DNA of 53,540 nucleotides from Gemmatimonadaceae bacterium (GTDB lineage Bacteria > Gemmatimonadota > Gemmatimonadetes > Gemmatimonadales > Gemmatimonadaceae). The notes below the pieces were generated by a model. It was given only the letters and a program-made list of their open reading frames with translations, did not search any database and was not told the origin of the DNA. The DNA is taken from positions 1-53,540 of the forward strand of contig DATHGO010000095.1 of the NCBI GenBank assembly GCA_035317585.1, read 5' to 3'. Positions within the stretch are counted from its first letter, which is position 1. Each line of letters starts with the position of its first letter. This document shows positions 9,773 through 18,558 of this stretch, piece by piece. The position numbers were made by a program, and so were the translations under genes.

Positions 9773-11155
9773 CTAGAAAGCACGCCTCGTGTGAGGCTCC
9801 GGGCACTCGACGGAATATCCCTTCGCTACCAATGCCGCTTTGAATTCATCCTGAACCGGAGCTTCTCCGTGTACCAGCCATATCGGGCCGAGTTTTGGCG
9901 ATTTGTCTCTGACGCGCCCAAGCCAGCTCGTCATCTCAGTCCTGTCGGCGTGTGCGCTGTACCCGTCGATCACCTCGACACGTGCATGGAGCGGAACTTC
10001 GTCGCCAAAGATCTGAAGAATGGGTTGCTTCTCCACTACTCTTCGGCCGAGTGTATGCTCGGCCTGAAAGCCAACCACAAGAATCGTGTTCCGCGGATCG
10101 CTTGCTCCTTGCGCGAGATGATGAAGAATTCGGCCATTTTCCATCATTCCTGCCGCGGCAATAATCACCATCGGACCATGAGCGCGCGACAATGCCTTTG
10201 ATTCCTCCACATCACGCGTGTAGTGCAGAAGATCGAAGCGAAAGAGCTCCTTTGCCTTCTGGACCATTTCTTCGGACCGGTCAAAACTCTCCGGGTGCAT
10301 CTCGAAGACAGTTGTCGCATCGATCGCAAGCGGGCTGTCGACATAGATCGGAATCGACGGAATTGCGCCTTCCCTGGCGAGACCATGGAGCGCGTAGATC
10401 ATCTCCTGGGTACGACCGACGGCGAATGCAGGAATGAGAACGCGGCCTCCGCGGGCAGCCGTTTCGCGAACTACTTGCGCCAACTGTGCTCGGGCGCCTT
10501 CTACGGATTCGTGGTCCCGGTTTCCGTAGGTCGACTCCATAATCAGCGCGTCAGCGCCCTCGGGCGGAATTGGATCCCGGACTATGGCCAGACCATTTCT
10601 GCCGATGTCTCCGGAAAAGACCAGCCGTTTTGTCTTTCCGTCCTCTGTGCAATCGACCAGCACTGACGCCGAGCCGAGGATATGACCCGCGTCGATATAG
10701 CTGGCACGCACTCCCGGAACGACGTCGAATGGCCTGTTGTAGGGAACACCGACCATCAGGTCCATCGTGCGCACCGCGTGTCGCATTCCATACAGCGGCT
10801 CGATGAACTCCTTTTTCCTCTTCGCCAGGAATTCGGCATCCTTCTCCTGAATGTGGGCCGAATCGGCAAGCATTATGGCACAAAGGTCCCGGGTTGCCGC
10901 TGTCGCCCAGATTGTCTTGGAGTAGCCTTCCGCGATCAGGTACGGAAGACGCCCGGAGTGGTCGATGTGGGCGTGTGAGAGAACTACGGCATCCAGATCC
11001 TTGATCGGCAGTGGAAGTTTGCGATTCTTCTCGGCCGAGTCATGCCGCTTTCCCTGAAACATCCCGCAGTCGAGGGCAATGGTATAGCCATTGACGTGAA
11101 GGAGGTGACAGGAGCCCGTGACTTCACGCGCGGCACCGACGAACGTTACTTCCAA
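9773..11155 (-). CDS. MBL-fold beta-CASP metallo-hydrolase (RNA-processing type)
   Basis: GAAREVTGSC, SHAHIDHSG, AGHILG, SGD, ESTYG, SAHAD and VHGE. Confidence 0.92.
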   Translation of the reverse strand: MEVTFVGAAREVTGSCHLLHVNGYTIALDCGMFQGKRHDSAEKNRKLPLPIKDLDAVVLSHAHIDHSGRLPYLIAEGYSKTIWATAATRDLCAIMLADSAHIQEKDAEFLAKRKKEFIEPLYGMRHAVRTMDLMVGVPYNRPFDVVPGVRASYIDAGHILGSASVLVDCTEDGKTKRLVFSGDIGRNGLAIVRDPIPPEGADALIMESTYGNRDHESVEGARAQLAQVVRETAARGGRVLIPAFAVGRTQEMIYALHGLAREGAIPSIPIYVDSPLAIDATTVFEMHPESFDRSEEMVQKAKELFRFDLLHYTRDVEESKALSRAHGPMVIIAAAGMMENGRILHHLAQGASDPRNTILVVGFQAEHTLGRRVVEKQPILQIFGDEVPLHARVEVIDGYSAHADRTEMTSWLGRVRDKSPKLGPIWLVHGEAPVQDEFKAALVAKGYSVECPEPHTRRAF

Positions 11156-11159
11156 ACGG

Positions 11160-11336
11160 CTATCCTTCAGCTACTGCATCGCGCTGAAACAGGATCGTGA
11201 GTCGCTGCTCGTCCTGTGACATCAGTGCTGGTTCCCACCCTCCTCTACTTCTCTCATTCAGAAGATCGGTGAGGGTATCTTCGTCCTCACGCGTGTGCCG
11301 CGTCAGCTTGACCACCACAGCCTGGTATTCTTTCAT
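11160..11336 (-). CDS. 58-aa small protein, DUF4177-like
   Basis: Below the track cutoff. MKEYQAVVVKLTRHTREDEDTLTDLLNERSRGGWEPALMSQDEQRLTILFQRDAVAEG has an EY..LN....GWE..F.R pattern and fills the gap just upstream of the beta-CASP gene. Confidence 0.7.
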   Translation of the reverse strand: MKEYQAVVVKLTRHTREDEDTLTDLLNERSRGGWEPALMSQDEQRLTILFQRDAVAEG

Positions 11337-11400
11337 CAGGGATTAGAGATTATGAGCCGGTGAACGTCCACAGTGCTGATGCTGGAATCCTGGGGCTAGA

Positions 11401-12051
11401 ATGATCGAGCGCGTCAAGGAGTTCCCGTCTCTGATTATTATCCGGCATCCCCTCGTTCAGCACAAGCTGACGATCCTTCGCGATCAGCAGACGGAGACCA
11501 AGCGCTTCAAGGAGCTCGTCGATGAGATCGCAATGCTCATGGCCTACGAGGCCACTAGCGAGCTGAGTCTCGAGCCAAGAGAGGTGAACACTCCCCTCGA
11601 GAAGACTTCGGGGTGGCACATCAGCGGAAAGAAGCTGACGCTCGTCCCAATCCTCCGCGCCGGCCTTGGAATGGTAGAGGGAATTCTTCGCCTCGTGCCA
11701 TCGGCGCGCGTGGGGCACATCGGACTCTACCGGGACCATGGCACCCTCCAGCCAGTCGATTACTACTTCAAGGTGCCCGGTGACACCGGTGAGCGGGATT
11801 TCTTCCTGCTCGACCCGATGCTCGCAACCGGAGGAAGCGCTACCGCGGCAGTCGCTTCGTTGAAGCGAGCCGGCGCAAACCGGATCCGATTTCTTTGTTT
11901 AGTCGCTGCTCCCGAAGGAGTGCGGCATCTCAGCGAGGCACATCCGGACGTTCAGATCTATTGCGCTGCCCTCGATCGCCAACTCAACAGCCAGGGTTAT
12001 ATCCTGCCTGGTCTCGGAGATGCCGGAGATAGGTTGTTCGGCACCCGCTGA
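11401..12051 (+). CDS. upp: Uracil phosphoribosyltransferase
   Basis: [24 protein letters not shown] and [13 protein letters not shown]. Confidence 0.97.
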   Translation: MIERVKEFPSLIIIRHPLVQHKLTILRDQQTETKRFKELVDEIAMLMAYEATSELSLEPREVNTPLEKTSGWHISGKKLTLVPILRAGLGMVEGILRLVPSARVGHIGLYRDHGTLQPVDYYFKVPGDTGERDFFLLDPMLATGGSATAAVASLKRAGANRIRFLCLVAAPEGVRHLSEAHPDVQIYCAALDRQLNSQGYILPGLGDAGDRLFGTR

Positions 12052-12054
12052 GCG

Positions 12055-12705
12055 CTAACCGAACCACTCTCTTGGATTCAGTTTTTGCTGGTCGGCCGCG
12101 TCGACGACCCACTGCTGGTTCTGCGGATCTGTCACCTCACCAGCTACGCGCTCGAACCACGCTGTCGCCTTCTTGATATCTCCGATTCGCCTCCACAGCT
12201 CGCCGACCAGATAGGTGAGGATTGCCCGCTCTTCCCTCGGCACGGCGTCGTAGGCCTGGAGTGATTCCTCGAACATCCACGCAGCTTGACGCCGAAAGTA
12301 TCGCTCCGCTTCCACATCTCCCTCATCGACACAGCACCAAGCAGCGCGAAGAAGAAGGTCCGCAACGTGACGAGGGTCCAGTCCTTGCCACTGAGCGACC
12401 TTGGCGGCGGCTTCATACTTCTCGGAGCCACAAACCAGTGACGGTCGAAGCGGAGCAAGCTCTTCGAGAACGTGCTGTTTCAGCACCGGGCTCACATCCG
12501 TCGCGGGCGTAAAGTCGGCCTCTCCACCGGAGTAGCCGCATTCGCTGCACATGTGGATGAGATAGGCGAGTGGCTGGGTTCCGGCGGCTCGTTCATGGAA
12601 ATCGGTCCGTTTTCCACCGAACGCATTCGTCGAAACTACACTCTGGGATTTGAACTCATTGTCACAAACAGGACAACGAAGCTCGATCTGACGCAGCGTT
12701 GTCAT
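12055..12705 (-). CDS. DUF2225-like zinc-binding / TPR-like protein
   Basis: CPVC...CSECGY, LRAAW and YLVGELWRR. Confidence 0.75.
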   Translation of the reverse strand: MTTLRQIELRCPVCDNEFKSQSVVSTNAFGGKRTDFHERAAGTQPLAYLIHMCSECGYSGGEADFTPATDVSPVLKQHVLEELAPLRPSLVCGSEKYEAAAKVAQWQGLDPRHVADLLLRAAWCCVDEGDVEAERYFRRQAAWMFEESLQAYDAVPREERAILTYLVGELWRRIGDIKKATAWFERVAGEVTDPQNQQWVVDAADQQKLNPREWFG

Positions 12706-12877
12706 GGCTACTCCTCCTATCAGCGCTCCGAAGCTCTCAGAAATGGAGAGGGAATATCTGTGCCACGATTTTGAAATTGATGCGGAAGAGATCGGCCTTG
12801 TTGAGAGTTTGGGTGGATTGTATCTTCTCGCATCGCAAAAACCGCGACTGGCTCACCACCCCGCGACCTGGTCGTTG

Positions 12878-13816
12878 ATGCTCATCAACCTACTGCCTGA
12901 CTTCTTCGCAGTTCACAACAGTACCGACCGTGTCGCCGCCTATCTCCGCTACTTCGAAAATCACCGCCGCTTCCTAGAGGCCTACTGGCATAACTACGTG
13001 CTGGATCCGGCAGGGCCGCATTTTCTGGAAGTCGTTCGCTCTGCCGCACTTGCAAGCCGTGTAGACCTTCGCACGATGCTGGAAAGAATCGATGTCGTCT
13101 CGCTCGCCCGAAACACGGAAGAGCAGTGCCGGACCCTCTTCGACGTGGACACGGACATCGATGTGGTGCTCATGGTCGGCGTCGGTGCCGCGAACGCTGG
13201 TGAGCTCGTGGTCGAGGGTAAAGGAGTCGCTTTCGTCTGCCTCGAGCATTTCACCAGCGTGACGAATCCCGAAACCCAGGGGTTGGGCCTCGACCCGGAA
13301 TTGATCCCGCTGTGGCTTACCCACGAGATCGCACACACGGTCCGCTATACCTCGCCCACGAGCCGGAGCGAGATGAAACAGCTGATCGACGATGCGGGCG
13401 GATACTACTCTTACTGGGAAACCGGAAGGCGTGCCCCGCTTCGCGAGCTGATGATCAATGAGGGCCTGGCCACGATTGCGTCGAGAATGATCAGCCCGGG
13501 GCATGCCGCCTGGGAGTACTACGGATACACGAGACGCGAGTATGCCAGCGTTCGTGAACTCGAGCCGCTGATGACGAAAGCTCTCAATAACGATCTCGAC
13601 CGCGCTGGCCTCGGGCTTCGTCTCAGATATCTCTCCGGTGGAATGAGCGATGATGCTCGAACCGTTGACCGTCACGTGTTCCCGGAGCGGAGCGGCTACT
13701 TCCTCGGGACGAAGATGGTCGAGGCGGCTGTCAACTCACGCGGACTGTCATGGGCGATCCGCGCCAGTGCCGGCGAGATCACATCGCTTTCCAGCTCTGC
13801 CGCCGCTTCGGCCTAG
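12878..13816 (+). CDS. Putative Zn-dependent protease (DUF2268-like)
   Basis: HEIAH (HExxH), NEGLA and GYFLG. Start placed at ATG 12878; the track extends it to 12704. Confidence 0.65.
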   Translation: MLINLLPDFFAVHNSTDRVAAYLRYFENHRRFLEAYWHNYVLDPAGPHFLEVVRSAALASRVDLRTMLERIDVVSLARNTEEQCRTLFDVDTDIDVVLMVGVGAANAGELVVEGKGVAFVCLEHFTSVTNPETQGLGLDPELIPLWLTHEIAHTVRYTSPTSRSEMKQLIDDAGGYYSYWETGRRAPLRELMINEGLATIASRMISPGHAAWEYYGYTRREYASVRELEPLMTKALNNDLDRAGLGLRLRYLSGGMSDDARTVDRHVFPERSGYFLGTKMVEAAVNSRGLSWAIRASAGEITSLSSSAAASA

Positions 13817-13818
13817 AG

Positions 13819-15192
13819 CTACTTCCCCACGCAGAAAGAGCTGAACACCCGGTCGAGCACGTCTTCGACTTCCACAGCTCCTATCAGCTCTTCGAGCGCA
13901 TAGACAGCGGTCCGGAGATGGACCGCGGCAATCGTCGCCGGAAGTTTTTCTTCCCGCCAGGCTTGTTTGAATCCTTCGAGCTCCGAGTGGGCAGTGCGGA
14001 TCGCCTTGCTATGGCGGGCTCTCGTCAGAACCGGGAGATCGGGGACGATCTCACCGTGTCGCGTATCGAGCGAATCATCGATCGCGGCGAGCAGTTCTTG
14101 AAGGCCTGATCCAGTCTCGGCACTGACCGAAATCACGTCCTCCGACAGCGTGTAATGGTCTCCTGTTGATACTAAATCGGCTTTTGTGCGAACCGCCAGG
14201 ATCGGCGCGGTTGAGTTGTGGCTCACCAGACTGATCGTCCCCTCGAGGCTGCTCGAATCCTCCGCACATGCGAGTACGACATGAGCACCCGCCAGATAGC
14301 GCTCGCTCACTTCGATACCAAGACGTTCAATTCGGTCTTTAGTCTCCCGCAGCCCCGCGGTATCAACGAGACGAAGTGGCCATTTGCCGGTATCGATCAC
14401 GGCCTCGAGCGCATCACGTGTCGTGCCGGGAATTTCCGTTACAATCGCCCGGGATCTGCCCAGAAGCGCATTGAAGAGAGAGGACTTTCCAACGTTCGGC
14501 GGGCCCGCGATGACTACGATTGCACCATCGCGGATGACCTCGCCGGCTGACGCAGTAGCGAGAAGGGCTTCGAGGGAGCTCGTAATTCCTTCTACGGCCT
14601 GATCAATTCTCTCTCGAGGAATCGGCCCATCGTCTTCCTCCGGGAAGTCCACATCGTACGCGATTAGCGCCTCGAGCCCGATGAGATCATTCCTCAGGCT
14701 CAGAAGACGACGTGACAGGCCTCCATCCAGCTGGTCGAGAGCCGTTCGCTGCATGACGTGGGACTGCGCATCTATCAGATCACCAATTGCTTCAGCCTGA
14801 AGGATGTCGAGCTTGCCGTTGAGCACTGCTCGCCGCGTGAATTCCCCGGCAGATGCCTGTCGCGCCCCTGATGAAATCAGAGCCGCGACTATCGTGCTCG
14901 GGATGAGGTAACCACCGTGGGTGGAGAACTCGACCGTGTCGTCACCCGTGAAGGAATTGGGTCCCGGGAACAGCGTAATCAGCGCCTGATCGAGTCTCTG
15001 ATCGCCATTGAATACATCGCACAAGTGGGTAACCCGCGACTCGGGTGGCCATAGCCCCAAATGCTTGGCGGCAATCTTGAAAGCGTCCGGACCACTCAGT
15101 CTGACAAGGGCGACTGCACCACGGCCTGGCGCACTCGAGATAGCAACGATCGTGTCCTCCAGCTTCAGGGCACTCCTGCCAGCCGATATCAC
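13819..15192 (-). CDS. mnmE: tRNA modification GTPase MnmE
   Basis: DTIVAISS, SFTGDD, GEFTRRA, GPPNVGKSS, GTTRD, DTAG and C-terminal FCVGK. GTG 15192 overlaps the upstream stop. Confidence 0.96.
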   Translation of the reverse strand: MISAGRSALKLEDTIVAISSAPGRGAVALVRLSGPDAFKIAAKHLGLWPPESRVTHLCDVFNGDQRLDQALITLFPGPNSFTGDDTVEFSTHGGYLIPSTIVAALISSGARQASAGEFTRRAVLNGKLDILQAEAIGDLIDAQSHVMQRTALDQLDGGLSRRLLSLRNDLIGLEALIAYDVDFPEEDDGPIPRERIDQAVEGITSSLEALLATASAGEVIRDGAIVVIAGPPNVGKSSLFNALLGRSRAIVTEIPGTTRDALEAVIDTGKWPLRLVDTAGLRETKDRIERLGIEVSERYLAGAHVVLACAEDSSSLEGTISLVSHNSTAPILAVRTKADLVSTGDHYTLSEDVISVSAETGSGLQELLAAIDDSLDTRHGEIVPDLPVLTRARHSKAIRTAHSELEGFKQAWREEKLPATIAAVHLRTAVYALEELIGAVEVEDVLDRVFSSFCVGK

Positions 15193-15977
15193 GCGTTCGC
15201 TGTCGGAAGAACGAATGTCGTGCCCGGTTCCAGAATCTTCACGGCTGGATGGAGAGGGTGGTCTTCGAGTGTCGCTCTTAGCCTGTCGATCGCGTCGAAA
15301 GCTGTAGATGTGACGTGATTGAATGTTCCCCAGTGATACGGAATGAAGTACCTGGCGTTGAGTCGCTCGAAGAGGGTGAGCGCGTCGCTGCTGGTGAGAT
15401 GCCCTTTGCGAAATCCCGGCTTCCACCACGGTGCATGCCCGATCGGGAGCAGAGCGAGATCGAGGTTCCGCCCGTTAGCGACCAGATTGTTCTCGACCAG
15501 GTGTGTCGTATCGGGAGTGAGAGCCGTATCACCGGCGAAGAAGCATGACACATTATTGGTATCAATAAGGTACATATTGGTCGCGCTTCTCCAGCGATCC
15601 ACGCCATAACGATTTCCTTTGTGCGTTGCCGAGGCCGCCTGGATTTTTACTCCGTGAACCTCGGCGCCCTCGCCCGGAGCAATTCCAACTGCATGGCCGT
15701 ATCCCTGTTTCTTCAGCCACTTCGCAATTGCCGGAGGGGCGAACAACGGAATGTCTTCCGGAAGCGCATCCAGAGAATCAAACGAGAGGTGATCCGCGTG
15801 CGCATGTGTGAGCAGTATTGCATCGAGGCTCGGAAGCGCGTCGAGGGCGATACCTGGGGCACTGACGCGAGTGAGGAATTTCCCGAGCGCTGGATCGAAA
15901 TTGGGGTCCGTGAGGATCCGCATCCCGCCGATTTCAATTAGTAGCGTTGCGTGACCAATATAAGTGACACGCAGCAT
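15189..15977 (-). CDS. MBL-fold metallo-hydrolase (UlaG/NAPE-PLD-like)
   Basis: GHAT, TDP, THAHADH, FAGDT, LPIG and PYHWGTF. Confidence 0.88.
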   Translation of the reverse strand: MLRVTYIGHATLLIEIGGMRILTDPNFDPALGKFLTRVSAPGIALDALPSLDAILLTHAHADHLSFDSLDALPEDIPLFAPPAIAKWLKKQGYGHAVGIAPGEGAEVHGVKIQAASATHKGNRYGVDRWRSATNMYLIDTNNVSCFFAGDTALTPDTTHLVENNLVANGRNLDLALLPIGHAPWWKPGFRKGHLTSSDALTLFERLNARYFIPYHWGTFNHVTSTAFDAIDRLRATLEDHPLHPAVKILEPGTTFVLPTANA

Positions 15978-15988
15978 CGCTCCCCTCC

Positions 15989-17686
15989 TTACCCCGCCGG
16001 GCGTGCCTTAGCGCGTTCTCTCGCCAGCAGCCATTGTTGCGGAAGCGCCGCGATGTTCTGCGCTGTGTAGTACAGATTGAGCCCCGAAGCCATGTTGAGG
16101 AGCACCACCGTCATCATTACGGGGAACATGTAGCCCATCATCTTCGCCTGAGGATTTGGAGGAGCATTACGCATTCCAATCCAGGACAGCAGGTACATCG
16201 ACGCACCCATGAGCAGGGGCAGAATGTAGAGCGGATCCTTGATCGAGATGTCGTGCAGCCACATGAATGGCACGCCACGGAACTCGATCGTATTCTGAAA
16301 AACGAAAAACAGCGCAAAGAGGATCGGCATCGGAAGCAGCGCCGGCAGGCAGCCAGTCAATCCGGCAAAGGGACTCACTCCGGCATCGTGATAGACTTTC
16401 ATGATCGCCTCACGCTGCTGGACGGGATCCTTGTACTTCTTTTGGGCAGCAGCCAGTTTCGGCTGAAGCTCCTGCATCTTAAGGCTCGAGCGCATCGTAC
16501 TCTGATTGAGGGGCCAGAGTGCGAGCCGCACCAGAACTCCGAGAATGACGAGCACCCATCCATAGGTCAGATTGAGCCGATTGTGCATCCAGAGTAGCGC
16601 CTGGATCACTTTCGATGCGATCGGATGCACTACCCCCTGAAGAAAGCGCCAGCCGTAGGGATTCACGTGGTCGAAGTCCTGACCCATCCGCATGAGGCGC
16701 TGTGATTCCTGCGGCCCCGCATAGACGTCGAACGAAAAGCTGCCGTTCCGAACTTCTTCAACAACGCTCGCTGACGCATTCGTCGCAATTTTCGACGTGC
16801 GCGGTCCGCCAGCCAGGGTTACCTCACTGAATGGTGTACCGTTCGGCCGTGCTAGAACTCCAAATACAAAGTATTTGTTCTTTATGGCTACCCAGTTGAG
16901 TGGCCCGGCCTCGAGTGTTTTCTCTCCGGGATCCAGACTCCCAAAGAGAACGCTTCGGGCATGATCACGCTGCGGCTTGAAGCTGTAGGCAAGCGTCCGA
17001 TGGTCTCCGATCGTGTCGGCTTCGGTCGGTTGCAACGTTCTTGGAAGCTCCGTAATCAGATACGCTGGTGCCTGAGCTTCAGTAACCCGTCCATCGACAT
17101 GAATCGCGTAGCTTGCAGCCGTGTCTTGAGAAACCGTGTATGAGATCGAGACACCGAGATTCTTTACCGAAGCGTTGTAAGTAAGGGTCTCGTCTCCCTT
17201 CGCATTCCTGGTTCGCGCAAGCGTAAACGGTACATGCGCCAGATCGGCCGTATCCGTAGGGGTAACGAGCTGGTAACTCAGAAGTGGGGAACCAGGGCCT
17301 CCCAGATCGACCAACCCGCCACTTGCCGATCGGTTCTTGTAATCTCGAATCACGATCGATATCGGCGCCGCACCAACATTGCTGAACTTGTAGATCACCT
17401 TGGGCGTGGTGATAACCGTCGTTTCAGCTCCGGGTTGCGCTTTTGAATTGGGCGATGGTGCTTCCGCTGGCCGACCTTGTGAAGCCGCCGGAGCCGGAGC
17501 TTGCCCTTCAGGTGATTGCGTACTTAACGGCTGCGTTGATGATGCAGAGGTTTTTGTCCCTGAAATGGAGTCATTTCCGACCGCTCCTTGGCTCGAAGGC
17601 TTTGGGTTGGATGATGGAAACAACAGCTGAGAAATCGCTATGACGATGAGCGACAGAAAAAGAGCTAGAAAGAAACGCTTATCCAT
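15989..17686 (-). CDS. yidC: Membrane protein insertase YidC
   Basis: N-terminal TM, large periplasmic domain, YxGP, GCLP, PIL, F.W..D....DP.YILP and GL.LY. Confidence 0.96.
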   Translation of the reverse strand: MDKRFFLALFLSLIVIAISQLLFPSSNPKPSSQGAVGNDSISGTKTSASSTQPLSTQSPEGQAPAPAASQGRPAEAPSPNSKAQPGAETTVITTPKVIYKFSNVGAAPISIVIRDYKNRSASGGLVDLGGPGSPLLSYQLVTPTDTADLAHVPFTLARTRNAKGDETLTYNASVKNLGVSISYTVSQDTAASYAIHVDGRVTEAQAPAYLITELPRTLQPTEADTIGDHRTLAYSFKPQRDHARSVLFGSLDPGEKTLEAGPLNWVAIKNKYFVFGVLARPNGTPFSEVTLAGGPRTSKIATNASASVVEEVRNGSFSFDVYAGPQESQRLMRMGQDFDHVNPYGWRFLQGVVHPIASKVIQALLWMHNRLNLTYGWVLVILGVLVRLALWPLNQSTMRSSLKMQELQPKLAAAQKKYKDPVQQREAIMKVYHDAGVSPFAGLTGCLPALLPMPILFALFFVFQNTIEFRGVPFMWLHDISIKDPLYILPLLMGASMYLLSWIGMRNAPPNPQAKMMGYMFPVMMTVVLLNMASGLNLYYTAQNIAALPQQWLLARERAKARPAG

Positions 17687-17896
17687 TCAGGGAACCGGGT
17701 CATAGCCGCCCGGCCGAAAGGGGTGGCAGCGAAGAACTCGGCTTACGGTCAGCCTCAGCCCCCTCACCACTCCATATCGCTCGAAGGCTTCGAGCGCGTA
17801 GGCCGAACACGTTGGATAGTAACGGCAACTGGCTGGCAGTAGCGGTGATATAGCCAGCTGATAGCCGCGAATCAAAAGAATAAATAAGGAACGCAT
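17687..17896 (-). CDS. yidD: Membrane protein insertion efficiency factor
   Basis: [15 protein letters not shown] and RCHPF..GGYDPVP. Confidence 0.96.
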   Translation of the reverse strand: MRSLFILLIRGYQLAISPLLPASCRYYPTCSAYALEAFERYGVVRGLRLTVSRVLRCHPFRPGGYDPVP

Positions 17897-17899
17897 CGG

Positions 17900-18262
17900 T
17901 CAGCGGGAAATTCGCGACGTCCACTCGCCGATCGCAGCCACATCGCCGGCAAGCTGTGCAAAGCTCGAATCATAAGCTTCAGGCTTCGCGCGAATGAGAA
18001 CGTCGATCCCTTCCAGTCCAGGCAGCAAGGTGATTCTCACGAGCTCACGTAAACGCCGCTTCACCCGGTTCCGCTCGACAATCTTACGTCTGTGCTTCGG
18101 AACGACTACCCCAGCCCGCGGATGTAGCAACAGGGAAGCAGATGCCCGAGCTTCCAGACGCTCGGTTTGCATTCGCTTCCCTGTACGCCTTACTGTTTCC
18201 AGATCGGCCTCGCTCGTCAGCCGGGAGCTGCGAGGAAAGCCGAATGGTCTAGGCGCCGGCGT
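17900..18262 (-). CDS. rnpA: Ribonuclease P protein component (true start uncertain)
   Basis: [12 protein letters not shown] (RNR motif). The frame is open to 18283 and encodes FPRSSRL upstream of the first ATG (18172); 18262 is a tentative ACG start. Confidence 0.9.
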   Translation of the reverse strand, partial: TPAPRPFGFPRSSRLTSEADLETVRRTGKRMQTERLEARASASLLLHPRAGVVVPKHRRKIVERNRVKRRLRELVRITLLPGLEGIDVLIRAKPEAYDSSFAQLAGDVAAIGEWTSRISR

Positions 18263-18413
18263 ATTTCGTCGGCAACTGGACGGTCAGCCGTTTGCGTCCC
18301 TTTTTGCGGCGGCGGCTAAGAACTTCACGTCCCCATTTAGTAGCCATCCGTAACCTAAAACCGTGTGTACGGATCCGGCGTTTGTTACGGGGACGGTAGG
18401 TGGGCTTGCCCAT
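18249..18413 (-). CDS. rpmH: 50S ribosomal protein L34
   Basis: Not in the track. [54 protein letters not shown], with a GGAG SD. Confidence 0.97.
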   Translation of the reverse strand: MGKPTYRPRNKRRIRTHGFRLRMATKWGREVLSRRRKKGRKRLTVQLPTKYAGA

Positions 18414-18520
18414 TACGATACTCCAGAAACCAGAAAGAACAGGTGCAGTACAGAGCCGGTAAAACTATTCCAGCATTGAAGATAGTTCAAGCCAGATGAA
18501 CGAATTCTCCGGTCGTTGGT

Positions 18521-18549
18521 TTGACTTTTCCACATAAACCGCGTAGCGT
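18521..18549 (+). promoter_or_regulatory. dnaA promoter with overlapping DnaA box
   Basis: TTGACT-N17-TAGCGT; consensus DnaA box TTTTCCACA at 18526-18534. Confidence 0.7.
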
Positions 18550-18558
18550 GGCGTGATC

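Noticed and set aside
12704-12877. Head-to-head overlap of the protease ORF with the DUF2225-like gene
   Set aside because: A downstream ATG (12878) and a -10 candidate make the extension unnecessary.
15193-15429. Long N-terminal extension of mnmE
   Set aside because: It overlaps the MBL gene; homology begins near GTG 15192.
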